From the NCBI GenBank assembly GCA_945907045.1, contig CAMDSH010000019.1, positions 649 through 64,648 of the forward strand: DNA of 64,000 nucleotides. Reading direction: 5' to 3'. This DNA comes from Rhizobium sp. Q54 (GTDB taxonomy: Bacteria > Pseudomonadota > Alphaproteobacteria > Rhizobiales > Xanthobacteraceae). The translations under genes and the position numbers were made by a program. Under the pieces are notes generated by a model. It saw nothing but the letters and a program-made list of their open reading frames with translations. It was not told the origin of the DNA and did no database searches. Shown here piece after piece: positions 16,975 to 28,414 of the stretch; position 1 is the first letter of the stretch; each line of letters begins with the position of its first letter.

Positions 16975-17323
16975 CGACTAACCCTTGAACGCAACACGGA
17001 ATACTTCTGCGGTACTGCGATACGTTATAAGCATGGCACAATAAGATGCAATGGACCTTCGTCCTATCGTAGCACGCTTTGCCCGCGCCTATCTTGTTGT
17101 TATGTCCCTATAAATAGCGCCCTACCGGCATTTCCAGCGGAAAAGTCCTCTCCTCGCCGGACCATCGGCGCAGCGCTTTTAAGGGCCAAAACCGGACGAA
17201 CCGGACGCCGATACCGGCCCGGCCGGAGCCCTCGCCAGGCTATCTACGGTGAAAAAATGGAGTAGAGCGCGAAGTCTGCGATGCGCTGCGCGCAATGCTG
17301 GAATTCGGTACTCAAGGGAGAAA

Positions 17324-17399
17324 TGGTGCCGCAAGAGGGATTCGAACCCCCGACCCCGTCATTACGAATGACGTGCTCTACCGACTGAGCTATTGCGGC
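17324..17399 (-). tRNA. tRNA-Thr (anticodon CGU)
   Basis: The reverse complement GCCGCAATAGCTCAGTCGGTAGAGCACGTCATTCGTAATGACGGGGTCGGGGGTTCGAATCCCTCTTGCGGCACCA folds as a cloverleaf. Anticodon loop TTCGTAA. Encoded CCA end. Confidence 0.95.
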
Positions 17400-17465
17400 G
17401 AATTCCGCGCTCCTGATATCGGCGCCGGGCCCCCTTTGCAAGCGAACGCCGGAGGGCCGCGGCCT

Positions 17466-19016
17466 TCATTGCCGGAAAAATTCGCGGATCCGCCGCCACG
17501 GATCCGCCGGCGGCGTGGTCGGCTCGGGGACAGGATCGGGCTCGAAACGGGAATCCGGTCCGGGATCGTCGGGAGCGTGCACCAGCGGAATCACCGCTTC
17601 CACCGGCCGCAGCTCTTTCGGCTTCGCGCTGCGGCGCGCAGGCCTGAGTGACGGCGCGGCGCCGGCGGATTCCGGCATGGCGCGCAAGCGCGGCTCGCCC
17701 GGCGCCAGCAGGTCGGCGTCGATCACCGGGCGCTCAACGCCGATTTCCGCCAGCGGCACCTTCCATTGAAATGCATCAAGCCGTCCGCTCACCGGCGAGA
17801 CCGGCATCCATTTATCGGAAACAAAGCCGTCGGCAGTCCAGGCCGGATCGCGCGGCGCATGCATCGCGCGCGACATCCATTGCCGCGCACGGCCTTCATC
17901 GCCGTGCTCGAGTTCCTCGATCTCGGCCATCAGCGTTGCCACGCGCTGCGCCGGCGCCGCGAGATGCGAGGCGAGCACCGCGCGCGCCACCGAAAATTCG
18001 CGCGCATCGAGCGCGGCGCGGGCGACCGCCAGTGCGCTCTCCACGCCGGACGGCCCCTTCTCGGCAAGCTTCTGTACGCGCACCAGCCGCTCAAGCGCCG
18101 AATCGCCGGAGCGCAAATGCGCGTAAGCGTCGGCGAGATCGGGATGCGGATTGGCTTTCCACGCAGCTTCGATGATTTTCGCCGCCTTGCGCAGCTCGTT
18201 GGCTTCCGCCAACCGGCGGCCGGCGAGCGCCGCCGCGGGTACCAGCGCCGGCGCGAGCTTGACCGCTTCCAACGCCAGAGCGCGGGCTGTGTCGCGTTCG
18301 CTGTCCTCGATGGCCAGCGCCCGCGCCGTCAGCAATACCGCGCGCTGGCGGCGGTAATCGGCTTTATCGAGCGCGCCCTTCATGTGGTCGAGCGCATCGA
18401 GCGCACCCGCCCAGTCGGCGGCGGCGGAGCGGAAATCGAGCACCGCCTGCCCCGCCCAGGTCAGATCCGGCGCCGTCTTTACGGCTTCCTCGGCGTAAAG
18501 CCGCGCGGCGGCGGCATCGTCGCGGCGGCGCGCTTCCATATAAAGACCGCGCAGGCCGATGAGCTTGGTGTCGTCGCGTCCCGCCATGGCGCGGAACGCG
18601 CGTTCGGCGGCGGTGCGCTCGCCGGACAATTGCGCCGATTGCGCCGACAGCAAAAGCGCCAGCGGTTCGTGCGGCGCCAGCCGCTCTGCCTCATTCGCGG
18701 ATTTGAGCGCGAGACGCACATCACCCGCGCCGACCGCGATCAGGCCGCGCGAGATCGCATGATACCCCTTGAGCGAGCGGCGATTGCGCAGGAACAGCGA
18801 GAACTGTTCGGGCGAGCGGATAATCCCGCGCACCAGCGACCACAGTAAAATGCAAATGATTACAAAAAAGATGAACGCGAAGCCCGCGACCATCACCGAG
18901 GTTTCGATCTGCCATCCGAGCCAGGTGATGACGACGTCGCCGGGGCGATCCGCGAACCACGCAATACCGAAGGCAACCAGTCCGACCGCGGCGAGGAAAA
19001 CGGCGACCCGGATCAT
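17466..19016 (-). CDS. hemY: HemY-like TPR membrane protein (heme-cluster associated)
   Basis: 516 aa. Two N-terminal TM helices (MIRVAVFLAAVGLVAFGIAWF..., VMVAGFAFIFFVIICILLW), then a TPR-like Ala/Leu-rich body. Lies at the end of the hemC-hemD cluster. Confidence 0.85.
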   Translation of the reverse strand: MIRVAVFLAAVGLVAFGIAWFADRPGDVVITWLGWQIETSVMVAGFAFIFFVIICILLWSLVRGIIRSPEQFSLFLRNRRSLKGYHAISRGLIAVGAGDVRLALKSANEAERLAPHEPLALLLSAQSAQLSGERTAAERAFRAMAGRDDTKLIGLRGLYMEARRRDDAAAARLYAEEAVKTAPDLTWAGQAVLDFRSAAADWAGALDALDHMKGALDKADYRRQRAVLLTARALAIEDSERDTARALALEAVKLAPALVPAAALAGRRLAEANELRKAAKIIEAAWKANPHPDLADAYAHLRSGDSALERLVRVQKLAEKGPSGVESALAVARAALDAREFSVARAVLASHLAAPAQRVATLMAEIEELEHGDEGRARQWMSRAMHAPRDPAWTADGFVSDKWMPVSPVSGRLDAFQWKVPLAEIGVERPVIDADLLAPGEPRLRAMPESAGAAPSLRPARRSAKPKELRPVEAVIPLVHAPDDPGPDSRFEPDPVPEPTTPPADPWRRIREFFRQ

Positions 19017-19029
19017 CGCGTGGCGGCTC

Positions 19030-20259
19030 TCATTTACCCAATGCGCCGAAAGTGTCGGTGACGATTTTGCGGCTGGCGTCGAGCGCCGCGTTGCGCGCCT
19101 CGATCTTGGCGATCCAGCCGTCCGCCAGTCCGCGCAAGGGAGCGGGCAGCTTGTTCAACTCGGTCAGCGCGCCGGAAATGTCGGTTTGCGCGGCTTTGAC
19201 TTCGATGCGCGCGACCACCGCCGCGGGTTCATTGCCGGGCGCCTCGCCGGCGGGGCGCACGCGCACCAGCCGGCCGGCGCTCGCCTGCAGGCGGTCGAGG
19301 AAACCGGATTCGCGCGGGGCGTTGACGCCGGACGCTTTGAGCAACACGGGAACCAGCGCCGACAATTCGCGCGCCAGCACCGCTTCACTCGGAACGCCGG
19401 AAGCCGCGAACCGCTCCAGCGGCGCCAGCAAATTGACCTCGCCGCCGAGCGATTTGATTGTGGCAAATTCAGTAGCGAATGGCTCGCCGCGAATGACCGC
19501 GCCACGCAGCGCAGCGGTGGCGAGCGCGAGACGCCCTGCCGTGTCCGGCGCGCCGGCGTTCTTGGTGGCGGTCTCCAGCGCGGCGATGCGATTTGCCAGC
19601 GTGTCGAGATCGGCTACCGCCTTGGAAGCTGCCGCGACGTTGGATTTTGTTTCGGCGGCATTCGCCGCCACTTCATCGCCGCGCCGGTTCAGCGCCGTGA
19701 GCGCAATGCCGAGCGATTGCATCGCGGTCTCCACTACGCCGAGACGTTCGGCGAGCGCCGGATCGTTCGCCGCCGAACGCGGAGCGGCGGCGGATTGCTC
19801 GAGCTTGGCGAGACGCTGCGAAAGTTCGTCGAGCTTTTTGGCGTCGATGGTGGCCGGGTGAACCTGAAGATCGCGCAGTTGCATCTCGAGCACTGCGACG
19901 CGCGCGCGCATCGCAGTGGTGCCGGCGTAGCGGATCGGCACCATGCCGGTGAGCCACAGCATGAACAGCACCGCCGAAACGAAAATGCCGCCGGCCAAAC
20001 CGGCCGCGACATAAGGCCAGGTGTGGGTGCCACGCAGCCAGAACCACGCCTTCTGGCCGAGGCCATTATCTTCCGGCTTTGGCGGAACCGGTCCCCGCGC
20101 GCTGGGCTGTTCGCGGGCGGCCTGCGGCGATTCCTGAGCGGGCTTTTGCGGCGCCGCGCCGATTTCGGTCGCGGTCACATCTATGGTCGTCGCGGGACGG
20201 CGGCGGCGCGCGCCCGCTGTCCCTGCCGTTTCCGATGATGTGCGTTTTCCGCTGGCCAT
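19030..20259 (-). CDS. MIC60/mitofilin-like inner-membrane protein (often mis-annotated HemX)
   Basis: 409 aa. Basic, disordered N-terminus, one TM helix (WPYVAAGLAGGIFVSAVLFMLWL), a long coiled-coil, and a C-terminal mitofilin-like block (VARIEVKAAQTDISGALTELNKLPAPLRGLADGWIAKIEARNAALDA). Sits between hemD and hemY. Confidence 0.8.
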   Translation of the reverse strand: MASGKRTSSETAGTAGARRRRPATTIDVTATEIGAAPQKPAQESPQAAREQPSARGPVPPKPEDNGLGQKAWFWLRGTHTWPYVAAGLAGGIFVSAVLFMLWLTGMVPIRYAGTTAMRARVAVLEMQLRDLQVHPATIDAKKLDELSQRLAKLEQSAAAPRSAANDPALAERLGVVETAMQSLGIALTALNRRGDEVAANAAETKSNVAAASKAVADLDTLANRIAALETATKNAGAPDTAGRLALATAALRGAVIRGEPFATEFATIKSLGGEVNLLAPLERFAASGVPSEAVLARELSALVPVLLKASGVNAPRESGFLDRLQASAGRLVRVRPAGEAPGNEPAAVVARIEVKAAQTDISGALTELNKLPAPLRGLADGWIAKIEARNAALDASRKIVTDTFGALGK

Positions 20260-20334
20260 GAGTATTTCCGGCGAATCTGCCGCCCTGCCTCAATTCACCC
20301 AAGTGGCATAACGCGGAGGAATGACGCGGGCAAC

Positions 20335-21054
20335 TTATCCTTGCGGCAAAGCTAAACACCCGATCAACGCGGCTTCATCGGGGCGCGGCGCGATGGATAT
20401 TTTGCCCGCCCCCGCTTGTCTGAGCGGTTCCGCGACCTGCTTTGACAGACAATGATGATGCAGCGCCAGCGCCGGGGCGGCAACTCCGGTTTCACCGGCG
20501 CCTTTAAGGTACAACTCGGCGCTGCGGCGGGAAAAATGCAGAACCGCGTCAAGCGCGCCGGATTTAAGCGCCTGCGATAGCGCCTGCGGAAAGGGAACCG
20601 CGGCGGCGCGATAAATCACGGCGGTGGTCACGGCAATTCCGCGCGCGTCCAGTTCGCCGGGCAAATCACCCGCGCGGTCTTGCGCTGCGAGATAGAGCAG
20701 TGGCGCGCTCGCGGCGCGCGCCGAGACGATGCGCGCAAGATCTTTTGCATCGCCATCGGCGGACGTGACATCGGAGAACCCGGCTTCGCTTGCCGCGTCC
20801 GCGCTGTGACGGCCAACCGCATAGACGGACAATTTTTTTAGTTCATCGCGCCGTGCGTGTCCGGCGATGGCGCGCGCCGCGTTGGCGCTGGTGATCAAAA
20901 TTGCCGCGAATGGACCTTTGCCGAAATCGGCGGCGATGGTTTCGATGCGCGTCAGCGGCGCCAGCAGCACGTCGTGTCCAAGCGCGCGCAACGTCTTGGC
21001 GGTGCGCGTCCCATCGGGCAGTGGGCGTGTGACGAGAATGCGCAAGCCATTCAC
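20335..21054 (-). CDS. hemD: uroporphyrinogen-III synthase
   Basis: 239 aa, HEM4-type sequence (LRILVTRPLPDG..T...L...GH.VLLAPL). The GTG start overlaps the hemC stop (GTGA). Confidence 0.85.
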   Translation of the reverse strand: MNGLRILVTRPLPDGTRTAKTLRALGHDVLLAPLTRIETIAADFGKGPFAAILITSANAARAIAGHARRDELKKLSVYAVGRHSADAASEAGFSDVTSADGDAKDLARIVSARAASAPLLYLAAQDRAGDLPGELDARGIAVTTAVIYRAAAVPFPQALSQALKSGALDAVLHFSRRSAELYLKGAGETGVAAPALALHHHCLSKQVAEPLRQAGAGKISIAPRPDEAALIGCLALPQG

Positions 21055-21968
21055 CTGAAAAAATCCGGACCCGCGCGCTTTTTCAGTTCGCGTCCCGCAT
21101 CGGTACCGAGCGCGATGGCATCCCTGACGTTCCCCTCACGGCTCGCGTCAAAGGCGGCGCTGCCGTCTGGCTTGGCGATAAGCCCACGGAATTTCAATTT
21201 ACCGCCGGCAATCGTCGCGTGACCGGCAATCGGCGTGCGGCATGAACCGTCAAGCACGCCGAGAAACGCGCGCTCGGCAGCCAGCGCCGTCGAAGTATCG
21301 GCGTGATCGATGGCATTGAGCAGCGCGCGGATTTTTTCGTTGTCTTCACGCACTTCAATCGCAATCGCGCCCTGCCCGGCGGCGGGAAGAAATTCTTCCA
21401 CGCTCATGATGGTGCTCGCGTGCGCAGCCAGACCCAATCGCTTGAGCCCCGCCAGCGCCAATATGGTGGCGTCCGCCGCGCCATCTGCAAGTTTACGCAG
21501 CCGCGTCTCGACATTGCCGCGCATGACGGCAATCTCGACATCCGGCCGCGCTCGTTTCACCAGCGCCTGACGGCGCGGCGACGACGTGCCGACCACCGCG
21601 CCTTTTCGCAAATCGCGAAGCGTTTTCACTGAAGCGCCGATGAACACATCTCGCGCATCCTCGCGTTCAAGACACGCCGCCAGCATCAGCCCGTTCGGGA
21701 GCAGCGTCGGCACGTCCTTGGCCGAATGCACCGCGAGGTCGATGTGACCCGCCAGCAGAGCCTCCTCGATCTCCTTGGTGAAAAGACCCTTGCCGCCTTC
21801 GTCCGCCAGCGAGCGGTCCTGCAGCGCATCGCCGGAAGTCTTGATGATTTTCAGCTCCGCCGCGACGCCATGCGCCGCGAGCAGCCGCGCGGCCACCTCC
21901 CGCGCCTGCACCAGCGCCAGCGGGCTGCCGCGCGTACCGATGCGCAGCGCGGTGGAGGATTGCGCCAT
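21051..21968 (-). CDS. hemC: hydroxymethylbilane synthase (porphobilinogen deaminase)
   Basis: Internal ATG at 21968 of the 616-aa ORF gives MAQSSTALRIGTRGSPLALVQA...KIIKTSGD...LAVHSAKDVP...GSCRTPIAGHA (305 aa). The upstream 311 codons are antisense to tsaD. Confidence 0.92.
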   Translation of the reverse strand: MAQSSTALRIGTRGSPLALVQAREVAARLLAAHGVAAELKIIKTSGDALQDRSLADEGGKGLFTKEIEEALLAGHIDLAVHSAKDVPTLLPNGLMLAACLEREDARDVFIGASVKTLRDLRKGAVVGTSSPRRQALVKRARPDVEIAVMRGNVETRLRKLADGAADATILALAGLKRLGLAAHASTIMSVEEFLPAAGQGAIAIEVREDNEKIRALLNAIDHADTSTALAAERAFLGVLDGSCRTPIAGHATIAGGKLKFRGLIAKPDGSAAFDASREGNVRDAIALGTDAGRELKKRAGPDFFR

Positions 21969-22034
21969 TGGACCTCGCAATGTTAGGCCAGTCGAAACCG
22001 GATCATAGGGACGCCGCCGGAGCGGGGAAAGCGA

Positions 22035-23123
22035 ATGGTTGTACTCGGGATCGAGACGACCTGCGACGAGACCGCGGCGGCGCTCGTCGAGCGTCAGGGC
22101 GACGGACGCGGCAAGATCTTGTCCAACGTCGTGCTCAGTCAGGTGAGCGAGCACGCGGCATTCGGCGGCGTGGTGCCGGAAATCGCCGCGCGCGCGCATG
22201 TGGAATCGCTCGACCGCATCATCACCAAGGCGATGACGCAGGCCGGGCGCAACTACAGTGACATCGACGGCGTCGCCGCCGCCGCCGGCCCGGGATTGAT
22301 CGGCGGCGTGATCGTCGGGCTGACCACCGCGAAAGCCATCGCGCTGGTGAATGAAAAACCGCTGATAGCGGTCAATCATCTCGAAGCGCACGCGCTCACC
22401 GCGCGGCTCACCGACGGAACTCCGTTTCCCTATTGCCTGTTCCTCGCGTCGGGCGGGCATACGCAAGTCGTCGCGGTGCGCGGCGTCGGCGATTACGTCC
22501 GGCTCGGCACGACACTCGACGACGCCATCGGCGAAGCCTTCGATAAAACCGCGAAGCTGCTCGGGCTCGGATATCCCGGCGGCCCGCAGGTGGAGAAGGA
22601 AGCCGAGAAGGGCGATCCCGCCCGCTTCACGCTGCCGCGTCCGATGTTCGGACGCAACGATGCGGATTTTTCGCTCTCGGGACTGAAAACCGCACTGCGG
22701 CTGGAGGCGGAAAAAATCGCGCCGCTGTCCGATCAGGACGTGGCTGACTTGTGCGCCTCGTTCCAGCAGGCCGTCGTCGACGTGGTGCTCGATCGCCTGC
22801 GCGCGGGTTTGCGCGCGTTCCGCACGCGATACGGCTCGCCCACGGCGCTGGTCGCCGCCGGCGGCGTCGCCGCCAATCAGGCAATTAGAAAAGTATTGCA
22901 TCGTCTCGCGTTCGAAGTCGGCACCGTATTGGTGGCGCCGCCGATTGAGCTGTGCACCGACAACGGCGCGATGATCGCGTGGGCGGGCGCCGAACGTCTC
23001 GCGCTGGGCCTCACCGACACGCTCGATGTCGCGCCGCGCGCGCGCTGGCCGCTCGATGAAGTCACCGGCGCGCGTGCGCCCGATCCCTATCGCAGCCTGA
23101 AGCCAAGCGCCTCGCCGTTATGA
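22035..23123 (+). CDS. tsaD: tRNA N6-adenosine threonylcarbamoyltransferase
   Basis: [18 protein letters not shown]..., HLEAH, and GGVAAN motifs of Kae1/TsaD. Divergent from hemC. Confidence 0.93.
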   Translation: MVVLGIETTCDETAAALVERQGDGRGKILSNVVLSQVSEHAAFGGVVPEIAARAHVESLDRIITKAMTQAGRNYSDIDGVAAAAGPGLIGGVIVGLTTAKAIALVNEKPLIAVNHLEAHALTARLTDGTPFPYCLFLASGGHTQVVAVRGVGDYVRLGTTLDDAIGEAFDKTAKLLGLGYPGGPQVEKEAEKGDPARFTLPRPMFGRNDADFSLSGLKTALRLEAEKIAPLSDQDVADLCASFQQAVVDVVLDRLRAGLRAFRTRYGSPTALVAAGGVAANQAIRKVLHRLAFEVGTVLVAPPIELCTDNGAMIAWAGAERLALGLTDTLDVAPRARWPLDEVTGARAPDPYRSLKPSASPL

Positions 23124-24106
23124 GCATCGAACGCATCGCCGTATTGGGTGGCGGCGCCTGGGGAACGGCGCTGGCGCAGGCCTGCGCGCATGCCGGACGT
23201 AGCGTGACGTTGTGGGAACACGAACCCGGCAACGCCGAATCGCTTTTGAAAAAACGCGAAAGCCGGTTTCTTCCCGGCGTGAAAATTGACGACCGCATCG
23301 CCGTCACGACTGACCTGACGAATGCCGCGAAAGCGCAGGCGATCCTGATGGTCGTCCCGGCGCAGGTGTTGCGCTCCGTCACCAAGGCGCTGGCGCCCAT
23401 GCTCGCCAAAGCTACGCCGGTGATCGTCTGCGCCAAGGGCATCGAACACGGCACGCAGAAATTCATGACCGAGATCGTCGCCGAGTGCGCGCCGGACGCT
23501 ATCCCTGCAATTCTGTCGGGGCCGAGTTTCGCCGCCGACGTGGCGCGCGGAATGCCAACGGCAGTGACGCTGGCGGCGAAAGACGCAAAGATCGCGGCCG
23601 AACTTTCGCTCGCCATCGGCTCCACCACCTTCCGCCCCTATCACGCCACCGACGTGCGCGGCGTCGAGATCGGCGGCGCGATGAAAAACGTGCTGGCGAT
23701 CGCCGCAGGCATCGCCGCCGGACAAGGACTTGGCGCGAGCGCTTCCGCCGCGCTGATCACGCGCGGCTTTGGCGAGATCGTGCGTTTCGGAAAAGCCTAC
23801 GGCGCGAAAACCGAAACGATGATGGGCCTCTCCGGTCTCGGCGATTTGATTCTCACCGCTTCAAGCCCGCAGTCGCGAAATTTTTCATTCGGGCAGGCGC
23901 TCGGCAAGGGCGTTCCCATCGCGCAGGCGAGCGGCGGAAAACTCGCCGAGGGCGCATTCACCGCGCCTGTGCTGCTGGAGATGGCCGCGGCGCGCAACAT
24001 CGACATGCCAATCCACTCGGCCATCGCAGCGGTGCTGTCGGGCAAGAGCAGCGTGGACGACGCGATCAAGTCGCTGCTCGCCCGCCCATTCGGCGTAGAG
24101 GAATGA
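23120..24106 (+). CDS. gpsA: NAD(P)H-dependent glycerol-3-phosphate dehydrogenase
   Basis: Rossmann motif [14 protein letters not shown], then ...KGIE..T...M... and [11 protein letters not shown]. The ATG overlaps the tsaD stop (ATGA). Confidence 0.93.
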   Translation: MSIERIAVLGGGAWGTALAQACAHAGRSVTLWEHEPGNAESLLKKRESRFLPGVKIDDRIAVTTDLTNAAKAQAILMVVPAQVLRSVTKALAPMLAKATPVIVCAKGIEHGTQKFMTEIVAECAPDAIPAILSGPSFAADVARGMPTAVTLAAKDAKIAAELSLAIGSTTFRPYHATDVRGVEIGGAMKNVLAIAAGIAAGQGLGASASAALITRGFGEIVRFGKAYGAKTETMMGLSGLGDLILTASSPQSRNFSFGQALGKGVPIAQASGGKLAEGAFTAPVLLEMAAARNIDMPIHSAIAAVLSGKSSVDDAIKSLLARPFGVEE

Positions 24107-24107
24107 C

Positions 24108-24524
24108 ATGGCTTACTGGCTGATGAAGAGCGAACCCGGCGCCTGGTCGTGGGATCAGCAGGTGAAAGCCGGATCCAAGGGCGCGGAGTGGACGGGCGTG
24201 CGCAATCACACCGCAAAATTGAATTTGATGAAGATGAAAAAAGGCGACCGCGCTTTTTTCTATCACTCCAACGTCGGCAAGGAGATTGTTGGCGTGCTGG
24301 AAATCATCCGCGAACATCACCCCGATCCGGGCGCGAAGGCCGGGGAGCCCTGGGTTGTCGTGGACGTGAAAGCCGCCGCGCCGATGCCCAGGCCCGTCAC
24401 GCTCGACGCGGTCAAAACCGAACCGAAGCTCAAGAACATGGCGCTGATAAAATTCTCGCGCCTCTCGGTGCAGCCGGTGACGGCGGAAGAATGGAAGCTC
24501 GTCTGCAAGATGGGCGGAATGTAA
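24108..24524 (+). CDS. EVE (PUA-like) domain protein
   Basis: 138 aa. MAYWLMKSEPGAWSWDQQ...WTGVRNH.A...MK.MKKGD.AFFYHSN is the canonical EVE/DUF55 N-terminus. Confidence 0.88.
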   Translation: MAYWLMKSEPGAWSWDQQVKAGSKGAEWTGVRNHTAKLNLMKMKKGDRAFFYHSNVGKEIVGVLEIIREHHPDPGAKAGEPWVVVDVKAAAPMPRPVTLDAVKTEPKLKNMALIKFSRLSVQPVTAEEWKLVCKMGGM

Positions 24525-24534
24525 GGAGACTGCG

Positions 24535-24963
24535 ATGCACTTCGCGAACGTGAATTTTCTCTCGATCCTCACCGCCGCCGTGGCGGCGTGGATTTTCGGC
24601 GGCGTCTACTACACCGCGCTGAGCAAGCCGTGGCTCGCCGCGCAAGGCAAGACGATGGATCAATGCAAGGCGGAACAGGCGGGCAAATCCCGCCTCGCGA
24701 TGACGATGCCGTTCGTCCTGGCGTTCGTGGGCGCGCTGATCATGGCGTGGGTGCTGTACGGCATCCTGCGCCACCTCGGCACGTTCACCTTGCGCGCGGG
24801 CATGATCTCCAGTGCCTTCTGCTGGTTCGGCTTCGTGCTCACCACCATGACGGTGAACAACGCCTTCGGCGGGAAAAAGCTCATGCTGACCGTCATCGAC
24901 GGCATTCACTGGCTTATCGGGCTGCTGATCATCGGCGGGATCGTCGGCGCCTGGGGCGGTTAG
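24535..24963 (+). CDS. DUF1761-like small membrane protein
   Basis: 142 aa, 4 predicted TM helices. Start N(V/I)NFLSILTAAVAAWIFGGVYY resembles DUF1761. AAGGAG Shine-Dalgarno. Confidence 0.7.
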   Translation: MHFANVNFLSILTAAVAAWIFGGVYYTALSKPWLAAQGKTMDQCKAEQAGKSRLAMTMPFVLAFVGALIMAWVLYGILRHLGTFTLRAGMISSAFCWFGFVLTTMTVNNAFGGKKLMLTVIDGIHWLIGLLIIGGIVGAWGG

Positions 24964-25119
24964 ACAAGTCAGGGCGGTCAAGGCTGCCCTAAGGCTCTGT
25001 TTCCACGACCAAAGTGGGACAATCCGCACCTTGTCCGGGCTGCGGTGAGCGGCGCATAATGGCTCCAACGGCTAAGAAAATATCGCCCGCGCGTCATGGC
25101 GGGTCGGGAGGGTTGTGCG

Positions 25120-27081
<1,962 letters not shown>

Positions 27082-27156
27082 ACGGGCCGCGCGGTGCGTT
27101 TACGTTAACTTCGGGCTTCCGGCGCGCGGGCCCGAGCCTGCGGCTATCTTCGCCGC

Positions 27157-27666
27157 ATGAATTTAGCCCGCCCGCTCGCATTGATTTTCGCGCTCGCGTT
27201 TAGCGCCGCCGCGCCGCAAACGGCCTTGGCGCGCGGCGAGGCGGTTGCGCTCAGCGGCTATGCACCCGGCACCATCGTCGTGATGACCAGCGAACGCCGG
27301 CTTTATTTCGTCACCGCGCAAGGCCGCGCGTTGCGTTATCCGGTCGGCGTCGGCCGCGCCGGCAAGGCCTGGGCAGGAAACGCCTTCGTCGCGGAAAAAT
27401 TTATTCGACCGGCCTGGATGCCGCCCGCCGACGTGCGGCGCGATAATCCCGGGTTGCCGAGTTTGATTCCCGGCGGCGCGCCGAACAATCCGATGGGCGC
27501 GGCGGTGCTCTCGCTCAACGTCAACGACTACGCCATCCACGGCACAAACAATCCCGGCTCCGTCGGCGGCTTCGTCTCCTACGGCTGCATCCGCATGTAC
27601 AACGAGGATGTGCTGGAGCTTTACCGGATGGTGCGGCCCGGCACGCCGGTCGTGGTGCTGCGCTAA
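27157..27666 (+). CDS. L,D-transpeptidase (YkuD domain), secreted
   Basis: Signal peptide ...FSAAAPQTALA. Catalytic motif YAIHGTNNPGSVGGFVSYGCIRM. Confidence 0.88.
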   Translation: MNLARPLALIFALAFSAAAPQTALARGEAVALSGYAPGTIVVMTSERRLYFVTAQGRALRYPVGVGRAGKAWAGNAFVAEKFIRPAWMPPADVRRDNPGLPSLIPGGAPNNPMGAAVLSLNVNDYAIHGTNNPGSVGGFVSYGCIRMYNEDVLELYRMVRPGTPVVVLR

Positions 27667-27868
27667 AAACACTACATCAGAAACACCAGCTCTCCCGCCG
27701 TCCTCCCGAATAGCTACGCGCCGCCCTGACGCGGCCGTGAAAACGAATTGAGCGATATAAATGTGCTTCGCACGTGCGATGTCCAGATTTGCAAAAGGAG
27801 TCGTTTAAGCGCGCCGGCAAACGAAACCGGCGAACGAAAAAATGAACGGTGTAACTTGCGAGAACGCT

Positions 27869-28138
27869 CTAGCGCTTGGCGTTACTGGGCGCCGCGGGCC
27901 GCACGGTCGCCCACGGGTCGGCCTTCTGCTCGGCGCCCGATGTCTTTTCGAGCGTCTCCTTGTAGGCGCGGTCAACCGCCATTTGCCTGTCGTGCCGCTC
28001 GCGTTCTTCCGCGGTCATCTTGTCGACCGCCTTGGCGCGATCGTTGGCGCCGCCTTTTGAGCCCATCTGCGAATAAGCCGGCCCCGCCGCGAATGCGGAC
28101 GCCGCAACGATCACTGCAGCAATCTTGAGTATTCTCAT
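27869..28138 (-). CDS. small secreted protein, function unknown
   Basis: ATG at 28138 gives MRILKIAAVIVAASAFAAGPAYSQ|MGSKGG..., an 89-aa charged, helical mature part. The longer 126-aa ORF start is unlikely. Confidence 0.55.
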   Translation of the reverse strand: MRILKIAAVIVAASAFAAGPAYSQMGSKGGANDRAKAVDKMTAEERERHDRQMAVDRAYKETLEKTSGAEQKADPWATVRPAAPSNAKR

Positions 28139-28414
28139 CTTTGCACCGGCCATTGCGCCCCCTCGCCGCGCGTATTTTGCCAGAAAATCATGGCCGAGGC
28201 ACGATGGAAAACGATAATGCGTCCCGCGCCGCGTTTGCCGGAAATGCAAGTAACGGCGCGATCTTGCGATTTGGGCGGGAAATCCGATTCGCGCAATCTC
28301 AATCTATGCGTGTATTTGACATACCCACAATCAATTTTCGATACCGGCGCGGCACTTTGGCCGGGGCTGATTGGCGGTTCGCTTCGCGCTCTCTTTCGTG
28401 CAAAAAGAATCACA

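Noticed and set aside
15052-17399. tRNA-Thr-associated genomic island / integrative element
   Set aside because: G+C is lower here, but there is no integrase, recombinase or transfer gene. I found no direct repeat of the tRNA 3' end bounding the segment. The observation is retained only as a compositional note in the ParA-pair finding.
21969-22901. N-terminal 311-codon extension of the hemC ORF (616 aa in the ORF track)
   Set aside because: The extension is antisense to tsaD and has no HemC similarity. Canonical HemC begins at the internal ATG at 21968 (MAQSSTALRIGTRGSPLAL...). This is not a fusion or a frameshifted gene.
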